Part shown: positions 54,601 through 64,000 of the stretch, one piece after another | How positions within the stretch are numbered: position 1 is the stretch's first letter | How the letters are laid out: each line of letters starts with the position of its first letter | Source: Phoronis australis | Lineage: Eukaryota > Animalia > Phoronida | Reading direction: 5' to 3' | Assembly: GCA_002633005.1 (NCBI GenBank) | Contig: NMRA01000077.1 | Span: 310,001-374,000 of the forward strand | DNA length: 64,000 bases | The notes under the pieces: generated by a model | Told to the model about the DNA's origin: nothing | Database searches by the model: none | Seen by the model: the letters and a program-made list of their open reading frames with translations, nothing else | Translations under genes and position numbers: made by a program

Positions 54601-57600
54601 ATGGGTCGATGATTGTTTTGCAGCAGACACAGTGAAGTAGTTGTTCTTTTTTCTGATGGTGGTGATGTTCTTTTTTCCCCACGTGGAGTAATAAGTCATG
54701 ACATGATTAATAGGAGCTGCGGCACCTAGTCAATCAAAAAGATGACCAAGGTTTTAGTATACTTAAAAATCAAAAAAATTTATCGCAATCTTGCCTGTGG
54801 TATGCGATGAGCTATGTTGCAGAGTAAAAAAGACGTGGATTATTGAATAATCAAAAAAATGCTTAAGGTGTGTACATAAAAGTGCCCAGAGTGAAAAGAA
54901 CTACAAAGGAGTGATGAGAAAAATGTCTGAAATGTCTAACAGACATTGGATAAAATTGGAAAACCATTTAATCCCAGGATGAAGGGTGAGACACTTAATG
55001 TGGAAAAATACAGTATGTCTTGAATGAAACAAGAGAGATGGCTGAATAAGGTAGGCTACGCTGAAGTGACACAAAGGAGAACTGATTGACCAGTGCGATA
55101 ACATGTAAGCAGGTGTTAATGCAGGATGGCTGTAATAACAATGAGTATTGCAGAATATTCCCTAAGGGTGGATATAAAATGGAAAAGACCTTGAGCAAAA
55201 TTATCAAGATAAATGCATTTAACAAATTTAAATTTAAGTTGTCGATTGATCACTCAAATATGGATTGATAGTGAATGGCCACAGTGAAGGTAAGAAATGT
55301 AATCTTCGATATATACGTCTGTACAGTTTTAATTTTGTACATTATAACATCATTGGGACAATGACGAATAATATGATGCATGAATGTGATTATAACAGAT
55401 AATTAATTGCTTAGTAACATGTAAAGGCATTTCAGTTAGTTGTTATTCAAAGTGAACCCTGGATGAACAAAAATTTGCTCAAGTTGTGTTGTATATCATC
55501 TTCAGTGTGCAAGCCAGACCAGTGGAAGTGTCCTCGGTCGGGCAAGTGTATTGATGCCAGTCTCAAGTGTGACAGGGTTATCAACTGTAACCTTGGAGAT
55601 CTGACGGACGACTCAGATGAAACTTATGATTGTAGTAAGTTATTCACCATGATATCTTTGGAATTTGAGTTATTGTGAGTTGCAGTCTGAAAAATGAACA
55701 AATACTCTTGTGATCAAACACATTCAATAAAAGATCTGATTGTTGAAAGCTAAATGTGATTATTTAAGAAATAGAAGGTGTCTTCAAATGTTTTTAAACC
55801 TGAAAGATAATTTGTAGGTGTAGAAAAGTTATTTTTTGGTAGTTTTACCTTTAAATTTAATTGTCATTTCTGTATTGTAGTTGCTTTTGTTTTTCTTGCC
55901 ACAAAATGCTCTATGGGTAATCATTAGAAAGGACTGTCTGGGGGCAGGATGGTACTATGTAAAATTTTCACAGATGTTTGACCCAGAGAAGCTAATTATT
56001 CTCATAGACCTTAGGGGTCCTGTTCACAATTTGAAACAAAATGAAAGAGCTTGGCCATTAAAAAGTCAACATTTAATGACAGGTGTCTAAAATAACAAAA
56101 ATACTGTCTTAAGAAAGATCCTCATGTCTCAAATGAATATAATTTCGACATTTTTAACAAGTTCCATTGTCCAAATTGAAGAGCCTTTGTGAAATGTTTA
56201 CCATTGTTTCTTTACCAGGCTCAGTCATGCCTTGTGGTGCACAGTTCTTCCAGTGTAATGTCACCAAGAAATGCATCCCATTGGCTCACGTCTGTGATGG
56301 CGGCTATGATTGTGGAGAGGGAGATAACTCTGATGAAGACAAAGCTGGAGCCTGCAAAGGTCTATAAAAGCTCATTTAATGAACTGTTTACTGTATGCTA
56401 TGCTATATTTCAAACTGTATTTTATCCAAAGTGTTTTACATGTTACGTTTTCAACAATGAATTGTCAGTCAGAAGTTGTTGTATTGGCTTATACTGCCCT
56501 CTACATGTGGCACATACATTAAAGTGTTGCTTATACTGCCCTCTACATGTGGCGCATACATTAAAGTGTTGCTTATACTGCCCTCTACATGTGGCGCATA
56601 CATTAAAGTGTTGATTCTGTCTAGGTATACTAGTTATTAAGCATTTTCTAGGAGAGCAAAAGTTGTGAAAGGAAAAGTTTGAAAAAACTTATTTACATGA
56701 TAATTATACTCTATAAAATTGAGGAAATTCTCTGGAATATGTAACAATACCATTTATTGTGGGAAATATTACTCAAAGTTGAATTTTCATAATTGGCTGA
56801 TTTTAAGATTTGTGAACTGCTGTTCAATACTCTGTGATCTGTGAATGTAATATTTTATTTTTTTAGACTGTAAATACATGACCATGTGTGGCAACAATGT
56901 GGATTGTATTCCCTCCTCAAAAGTGTGTGACCGTCACATTGACTGTCTGGATGGTAGTGATGAGAAGAATTGTTACAAAGGTGAGACAGTTTTGGTACTA
57001 GTACGTGTATAGTATGCAAATGGTAGTAATAACAAATAACTTTGAACTTGACTATTAAATGTAGATTATTACATGGCGAAGTCGTTATACCCCGTAATCT
57101 AGAGCCCGAGTGGATTTTGGATAACGACTGAGAACATGTAATAATCTATTTATACCACATACTGAACGATGAAAACTGCAATGAATCGATCTACCTTTCT
57201 CGATATGCCTCGGCTTTTGCAACTACTTTCTATGTCAGAGGCCTTGGGTCAGAGGTTGGGACCTTTTAAGAAACACCAAGTTTTTCGTGTTAAAATGAAT
57301 ACTTCTTACTTAAAGTCAAATAAAAATTGAAACAAAATAGAAATAAAGTAAATGTAAAACAATTTTTAAGCAACTAGTGTAGCTTAAGCTTCTACCATGA
57401 AAATATCGTCTGCTAAAGTATGTTACCAATGGTTGCAGAGTATAATGTACTATTCAAAGGATTCCAGTGACACGATACCCGCACTCAAATTGGAGATCGG
57501 TGATTTACAAGTGAGAGAAAATGACAAATAAATTTTACTGAATTAGAGATGTCGGTTATTGAAGTTGTGCGTCTTATTTTTTATAGCATACAAATGTCGG

Positions 57601-60600
57601 TACCATACCGTTTTATAAACATGCTATTGTTGCGCGTGCTCATTTAAGTATTCTATTTTCACATTCGACGACGTCAGCTGCTGCGTGGTGCAGTGGTAAA
57701 GTCGACGGCTCAAAAGTCTTGCGAAGCAGTTTTGAAACTGGCCTCGATTTCCCACCAAAATGTTATTTAATGGTGTTAAATAACAAATTGGGTTACTTAA
57801 CGGTTGTGTTGGCCATTCGAAGCTGATAATGTGGTATAAAGAACCATATTTCATTTTTTCACTTGTTGAGAACATAGAACTAGCTTACCAAATGAAAGAT
57901 ATCATAAAAGTATGAACAACCCTGTACATATATTTATATTTGTATATTTTATGTGTTTTCTACTACATGAACAATTTCATAGAATTTCCAATTCAGTAAT
58001 TTTCAGCTGTGGTGGCCATTTTGTTGGTGCACCACCAGAAAGTCATTAAGAATAGTTAAATTCTGGTTAATTATGAAAAAATTGGAAGTCATGTTGAAAG
58101 AGCATTTTTGGTGAATAAGTTCGACTTAATTTTATGGAATAATTTATCGTAAGTGCAAAGCCAAGATTTGCCTTGAGGGAGATAGGTCGCCACACTTGGA
58201 CTACTTGAAACTCTTGTAATCAATCTTACTGTTTTACTAGTGTAGAGACTAGACTGCTGGTCTCATTCATTGTGTAATCTGATTAGATGAGAGGAGTTAT
58301 ATAGTGCTCACTTGAAGTCAAACTGAGCAATATCTCCTTTAGTCAGTTTAACCATGTGGTCACTATTACATTGCCACATAATCTTTTCTCAGAGTTATTA
58401 ACTGCTGAATGCTTTGAGAAAACTAATAAAAAACTTGCTTTAACCTTTTAGATCTAGTATATAATACAATAATATGGCCGTGTACTCTCCAAGGAAGGCT
58501 ATAACTATTTGTAATTATCCCTTTTGTGTTATTGAAAAATAGGCTTCATTGCCTTCAGTTATCTCATCAAGTCTCGCAAGTGTTAATATCACGCAATGTC
58601 TATTTCACCAACCCTGCATAATTAAAATCGCCATACATGTTATTTCACCAACCCTGCATAATTAAAATCGCCATACATGTTATTTCACCAACCCTGCATA
58701 ATTAAAATCGCCATACATGTTATTTCACCAACCCTGCATAATTAAAATCGCCATACATGTTATTTCACCAACCCTGCATAATTANAGGAAGTTCCTGGGT
58801 TCCTGGTGGTGCCTACGACGACCAATGCAACGACGTCAAGGCCAGGATCAACATTGCCCGGTGTGGTGCCTGAAAAACAGACAGGTAAAACTACAGTCAC
58901 ATATATTGGTAATGGTATAGTAATAATGTTACTGTTTTTGTATTAATTTTAAGTGATATCATAACCTTAATTGGTCAGATTACGCGCCTGTCCTTACCTT
59001 CATCACTGCAACTCGTTGTATCAGGTTATGTAGGGTGCCTCATGGAAAGATATTTCAGAACAAGCCAATGTTGTCAAATTAGAAATAGAATAAAGCTGAA
59101 GCAATCAATGATATCCATCTTGGCATATTTAAAATGTTGCATCTAAAGTGAATTTCAGACAAAAGGAAATGTTTTCAATACTGGTGCTATGCTATATGAT
59201 ACATATTCATATGCATATACATATAATATAATTATCTCTTTAGCTGAACCATGCGAGGAGCACACATTGAGAGCCTCCAGTGCTGACCTGGACGTGATGT
59301 CATCCACCAACTCGGATGAGGCTCGCAAGGCTCTTGATGGGTCCAACGACAAGTGGTCGCCTCTGCCATTTGACACGACACCAGTATTGATTGCCCAGAT
59401 CCGGTCTCCAGGCTCCATCACCCTGATGCAGGTCAAGTTCAAAGTCAGGGGTGTGGAGAGTATCCAGATGAGGTTCCTGGATAATAACCGTGTACCTGTC
59501 AGGTCCAACTTGGTGAGTAGCAAGGCTGGACTTAATGCGATATTACATTGTGCGTGTAGCTATTGAATGTGCACTTTGTTTGAGATGGAGGCACCAGGTG
59601 TGAACTCAAACTCAAACTAAGAGTTTTTGATTGCTGTACAATTACAGAACTTCACTGTGAAATTGAGCAGCATTTAATTTTGTGCTCTGTCAAAGTATAT
59701 GTGATTGTAGAACTGTGTCATTTGAAGAATATTTCGTTTGAAGAATGTTCAAATTAAGATCCTTTTTTCAGAGCTGGGTTCATCACATTTGCTCAGAATT
59801 GTAAATGAGTACAGAATAAATAGAATTGATCATTTCAGGTCTTAGATAATTGATAAATAATAAACACATTTGCTGAATTATAATCACGTGTTCCATAACT
59901 TTTTGTCAGTAATGCATTCGAATTTGAAATGTTGAATTTTCAAACTGGTTCAATGGCTAATGTTTAGGACCTTATCATTTGACCTGTCTGCGTATTTTGT
60001 CAAATATCTAAAAATTACTACTAGATTTAATCCTGTTAAAGCACAGATTTTCTGAAAGTAGAAAGTTTGTGGAATTTGATATTTGAGTTTTTTCTAATCT
60101 GCCATTAATTACATCATGTGCCCATGTCTTTTTACTAAAATTTAATAAAAGGAAATGTACATTAATAGCAAAACAACAGTACCAATAACACTAATCAAAT
60201 TTTATTTCATATAAGTCTTCAAGATGAGATCTCAGAAACGCTGTTGCATTTTTATGAAATATTTCATTTTTGTTTTGTACAATATTCTTTAAAATTATTC
60301 TCATGAAAGAAAAAATGAAACATTTTAAAAACAATTCCAACAGCGTTTTGGATAACGGTGCATATATTATCTGAATCCAATCAGCCATTTTTGAGATATG
60401 ATGTTTCGAAGTTAGCCAGATTTGGACATTTTCTTAATTTATGCTTTTCTTTCACTGAAAGTTTTTTATGTCACAGTTTTGTACCATTCAAGTTATTGAC
60501 TGATATTAATCATTATTGACATCCTCTCTAGACCATCGATGTGCCTAACCCTGAGACTCTAAGTGAGGTGGATACAGGATCACTAGTCAGTAACGCGGGC

Positions 60601-63600
60601 CCACTACAGGCTAGTATTGTAGAGATAATCATGGCGAGAACGGCCGAGGTGACTCCGGAGATTCAGAATCTTCAAGTCAAAGTCTGCTACAAACCTACAG
60701 GTACATGGTTTATAGTGAAATAGTTGTGAAAATGATTGTTTCCAGGCTATAGCCAAAAGTTAGAAATTTATCTTTATATGGATTGAACAACTTTTGGTTA
60801 GTTTTCTAAAGGCAATGAGCTTAATGACTTCTCTTAAGTCATGCTTCCATAGAAAATCAAATTGTTTCAAAAGTCATTAAGTCTACCAATGCCTGATATC
60901 AGGTGATATGAACATATTTTCGGCATGAAGACTTTACTCTCACATGGAAAGTGGTTCTGTGAACTGCGGTAAGAGAGAGATCTTTGCTGTCCTAGTTTGA
61001 ACAGGTTTTGAATCAATCTTGTTCGTGCTGATGTCCACATTGACTGATCCAAATCACAGCTTTTTCAGTTGTGAAATGAAACGTCCATTCTGGAGTCATT
61101 TGTGTGGCATTGCGTAATATATCCTTGTATGAGGTTGCATGGAACAGTAGTGTTTGTGTCTTTTGTTATGGTGTTGTAAATTATATTGAGTGTTTTATTG
61201 AATTATATTGTTCCACTTTGTAGTCAGTTAAATTGTATTTATTTTCAACTGCGAGGCTTGAAATCTAATCTCTGTACTTGAAACGAACTCGAAATTATTT
61301 TTGTCAATTTCTCTGTTACTTTTTTGCAAACTCAAGATAAGTGATTATCAGACTGTGCTCAAATATATTGTAGTGTACGCATATGTGTTTCTAGTCCAAG
61401 TTTGCACTTGACGACCCTCATATTCTTGCTACAAACTTGAGTAAAAACTCGAAATTTTGAGTTCAAATTTTTAGCCTTAATGCAAAATAGGACTAAAACA
61501 TTATCCACGTAAGTCATTAATATGTACTTGAGCATAGAATAATAGACACTTATCTTGAGTTCACACCAAAGTAGAAGTTACCCTATCGATGATCACGAGG
61601 CAGCGATGCATCAGTCAGCGAGTTTTCTCCCCTGGGATTTCCCCACAATTTTCTGAAAAAGGATTTTGTGGGAAGTCTGCCATAGGTTACAGATACGTCG
61701 CAGAGCGTAACTTTGGTGAATCCTAGCTTTTGATTTCACCCATTTTGGAGACTGGGTTTCAAGTGCCTTAGGCTACAATAAGCTTCCCCCCTCCCGAAAC
61801 GATTTTTTTCTAAGTGCCCTGGGCGCTTATTAGGGTGAATATGGTAAGTGAGATACCATTTATGTTCGACACCTGGACTTGCCAAAAATCATGAGTTGCA
61901 AGCTCATTTCCAGAAGACTGAAGGCTGGCGCTAATAGGTCATTTGTTGTGACCAGAATAGTGGTACCATGCAATGTAAGAGAATGGTAGTATTGTAATAT
62001 TGCTCATGTCCATTGGAAGCAGAGAGGATGACGGAGTTGATTGTCTGAGTGAAGAAGGATTGGGTGGTGAGGGACGAATCAGTGAGACAGAAGAGAGGCC
62101 CAAGGTGTTGTGGGATAAATGGAGGTTGGCTGACTAGTTTGAAAGGGGACAATAGCTAGCCTGGGAAGGTGTGTGCAGGGTGACAGGGGAGGAATCTTGG
62201 TGAGGATGATGCCTGAAGATGAGACAACAAAATCGGAGTAGGGAAGGTGTGAAGGGAAGGGAAGGGACCCGCTTAGTGAGATGCAGAGATCTCTTGGTGA
62301 TTTGAAGGATTTATTTGATGGTGCTTCAAATTTTCTCATTGGCATATTTTATCTTCTTTCAAATTTCAGGCAATACATTACCACCAGTGGAACCTATCCC
62401 AACTACAACAATAAAGCCAATAACTAGAACGCCATCATTGCTAACCGAAGAAGAAAAAAGTGAGCAATTATCTGCCGTTTTTTACATCTGTTTTATCTCT
62501 TTGGATTACCACCAAGTTTACTTTATTGTTCAGTTGCTGTCCCCTCTTGAAAATGCATGACTTTGAAACNTCTGTACTTGAAACTAACTTGAAATTATTT
62601 TTGTCAATTTCTCTGTTACTTTTTTGCAAACTCAAGATAAGTGATTATCAGACTGTGCTCAAGTATATTGTAGTGTACGCATATGAATTTCTACTCCAAG
62701 TTTGCACTTGGCGACTCTCATATTCGTGCTACAAACTCTAGTAAAAACTCGAAATTTTGAGTTCAAACTTTTAGCCTTAATGTTGGGTTTATAAACTGCA
62801 AACTAGGACTGAAACATTATCCATGTAAGTAATTAATATGTACTCAAGCATAGAATAACAGACACTTATCTCGAGTTCACACCAAAGCAGAAGTTACCCT
62901 ATCGATGATCGCGAGGCAGCGATGCATCAGTCAGCGAGTTTTCTCCCCTGGGATTTCACCACGATTTTCTGAAAAAGGATTTTGTGGGAAGTCTGCCTTA
63001 GGTTACAGAGGCGTCGCAGAGCGTAACTTTGGTGAATCCTAGCTTCCGATTTCACCCATTTCGGAGACTGTCTTTCAAATGCCTTAGGCTACAATAAGCT
63101 TCCCCCTCCCGAAACGATTTTTTTCTAAGTGCCCTGGGTGCTTATTAGGGTGAATACGGTAAGTGAAATACCATTTATGTTCGACACCTGGACTAGCCAA
63201 AAATCATGCGTTACAAGCTCATTTCCAGAAGACTGAAAGCTGGCGCTAATAGGTCATTTGTTGTGACCAGAATAGTGGTACCATGCAATGTAAGAGAATG
63301 GTAGTATTGTAATATTGCTCATATCCATTGGAAGCAGAGAGGATGACAGAGTTGAGTGTCTGAGTGAAGAAGGACGGGGTGATGAGGGATGAATCATTAA
63401 GACAGAAGAGAGGCCCAAGGTGTTGTGGGATAAATGGAGGTTGGCTGACTAGTTTGAACGGGGACAATAGCTAGCCTGGGATGGTGTGTGCAGGGTGACG
63501 GGAGGAATCTTGGTGAGGATGATGCCTGAAGATGAGACAACAAAATCAGAGTAGGGAAGGTGTGAAGGGAAGGGAAGGGACCTGCTTAGTGAGACGCTGA

Positions 63601-63772
63601 GATCTCTTGGTGATTTGAAGGATTTACTTGATGGTGCTTCAAATTTTCTCATTGGCATATTTTATCTTCTTTCAAATTTCAGGCAATACATTACCACCAG
63701 TGGAACCTATCCCAACTACAACAATAAAGCCAATAACTAGAACGCCATCATTGCTAACCGAGGAAGAAAAAA
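27622..63772 (+). CDS. SCO-spondin-like / VWF-mucin-family secreted glycoprotein, 5' partial (~1,770 aa in window; continues past the right edge)
   Basis: GT-AG exons with continuous frame: 27622-27686 (signal peptide [21 protein letters not shown]), 28889-29121 (EMI), 31486-31590 (EGF), 32821-32991 (TB/hybrid-like), 34025-34209, 35015-35123, 35460-35615, 36385-36584 (VWD1), 37484-37643 (C8), 38104-38359 (TIL/E), 39110-39254, 39786-40115, 40648-40803 (VWD2), 42349-42574 or 43997-44222 (C8), 44937-45186, 45841-46024, 46732-46823 (TIL/E x2), 47830-48230, 48429-48646 (VWD3), 51222-51367, 51644-51753 (C8), 52768-52920, 53205-53298 (TIL/E), 54057-54220, 55506-55634, 56219-56359, 56867-56980 (LDLa x4), ~58786-58884 (P/T-rich; 5' end at N), 59244-59512, 60532-60700 (FA58C-like), 62370-62459 and/or 63683-63772 (P/T-rich). 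The order EMI, 3xVWD lacking CGLC, then LDLa cluster points to the SCO-spondin group; orthology is not established. Confidence 0.9.
35638..35826. repeat. 63-bp minisatellite x3
   Basis: tagtgatattgtctataggcaaagtttacaatattttaccctgtagtgattatcctacttctg is repeated head-to-tail without spacers. Confidence 0.95.
38460..38862. repeat. Polypyrimidine (C/T) low-complexity tract, ~400 bp
   Basis: The + strand is almost exclusively C/T here; this is the source of the spurious P/S/L-rich ORFs. Confidence 0.95.
41510..42186 (-). mobile_element. Solo LTR, duplicate/allelic copy truncated by a deletion at its U3 end
   Basis: Same sequence as 42770-43446; it lacks the terminal ~70 bp and the right TSD. 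Confidence 0.75.
42770..43518 (-). mobile_element. Solo LTR of an LTR retrotransposon (749 bp) with HSE arrays and TATA box
   Basis: Termini are TGT...ACA with a 5-bp TSD GTTGT (42765-42769, 43519-43523). On the minus strand the order is U3-R-U5: HSE arrays (43199-43337), TATAAATA (43186-43179), Inr-like TTAGTC/TCAGTT, then an AGTAAA poly(A)-like signal (AATAAA in the 52 kb copy). Confidence 0.85.
46379..46435. repeat. Perfect palindrome, 28-bp arms with 1-nt spacer
   Basis: gtattgctgggttttaatttgtgactgt-c-acagtcacaaattaaaacccagcaatac. Confidence 0.97.
46471..46618. mobile_element. Small MITE (148 bp; dimer of ~73-bp units)
   Basis: TIRs CATGGGCGG(C/T)GCA with internal ggggct/agcccc motifs; the flanks atagt/agagt could be a 5-bp TSD with one mismatch. 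Confidence 0.65.
47040..47082. repeat. (CAATA)n microsatellite, imperfect
   Basis: caatacaatacagtacaatacaatacaacacaatgcaacac. Confidence 0.85.
50605..50883 (+). mobile_element. Non-LTR retrotransposon (LINE) reverse transcriptase fragment, pseudogenised
   Basis: The frame [77 protein letters not shown] contains the RT YKYLG motif and thumb region, with in-frame stops. Confidence 0.85.
51877..52712 (-). mobile_element. Diverged independent copy of the same LTR family, with a ~380-bp internal insertion and truncated U3
   Basis: Homologous to 42770-43270 (gtcacgt...ccccgtgt.tgggtgggcgcagg; tagctggctctctattgactatc). It retains the TATA box (52616-52623), a 4-unit HSE (52665-52684) and minus-strand AATAAA (51980-51985). 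Confidence 0.8.
56488..56612. repeat. 42-bp minisatellite x3
   Basis: gcttatactgccctctacatgtggc(a/g)catacattaaagtgtt is repeated. Confidence 0.95.
58601..58784. repeat. 40-bp minisatellite (>=4.6 copies), ending at an N junction
   Basis: tatttcaccaaccctgcataattaaaatcgccatacatgt is repeated up to n58785. Confidence 0.95.
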
Positions 63773-63882
63773 GTGAGCAATTATCTGCCGTTTTGTAAAT
63801 CTGTTTTATCTCTTTGGATTACCACCAAGTTTACTTTATTGTTCAGTTGCTGTCCTCTTTTGAAAATGCATGACTTTGAAAC
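61271..63882. repeat. 1.3-kb tandem duplication containing a P/T-rich exon (61271-62569 / 62571-63882), joined at a single N
   Basis: Collinear copies with scattered substitutions and a small indel; the junction is exactly at n62570. Confidence 0.95.
61583..61846. mobile_element. Right-end fragment of the Tc2/pogo-type element family seen at 13268-14522 (second copy at ~62900-63161)
   Basis: Collinear similarity to 14230-14524, ending in ccctgggcgcttattagggtgaata(t/c)ggTA. Confidence 0.8.
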
Positions 63883-64000
63883 ACATAGCATTACGAAATT
63901 TTTGTTACTGTGTCATGGTTTGCTCTTGAGAAATTTTTGCATTATATGTCATGCAGTTGCGGACATTATCTGATGCAGATGTCATCTTAATACAATGCGT

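Noticed and set aside
61931-62345. Minus-strand ORFs in the duplicated block, faintly like a LINE 3' end (QSFFTQTI)
   Set aside because: Similarity is too weak to call without a search, and the frames differ between the two copies.

Overview
Intron-rich, AT-rich animal genomic DNA, most likely from an invertebrate; the taxon cannot be determined from the sequence alone. Gene content from left to right: (1) the last coding exon of a COQ10 coenzyme-Q-binding START-domain gene (+, 89-253); (2) a complete mitochondrial Hsp60/HSPD1 gene (-, 9 coding exons, 578 aa, plus a probable non-coding first exon); (3) head-to-head with it across a ~300 bp bidirectional promoter, Hsp10/HSPE1 (+, 4 exons, 100 aa, one GC-AG intron); (4) the 5' ~1,770 codons (31 exons) of a large secreted SCO-spondin/VWF/mucin-like gene (+, from 27622 and running off the right edge). 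Its architecture is signal-EMI-EGF-TB/hybrid-like-3x(VWD-C8-TIL-E)-4xLDLa-PTS-FA58C-like-PTS. The introns carry a Penelope remnant split by a Tc2/pogo-type MITE, a solo-LTR family packed with heat-shock elements, LINE fragments, MITEs, minisatellites and a perfect palindrome. Two exon-containing tandem duplications abut single-N junctions and are probably haplotype/assembly artefacts. The most notable observations are the HSE+TATA solo LTRs antisense within the large gene, its fibrillin-like N-terminal cassette, and the COQ10-HSPD1-HSPE1 microsynteny. All exon calls were made by hand from splice motifs and frame continuity; no searches were run.
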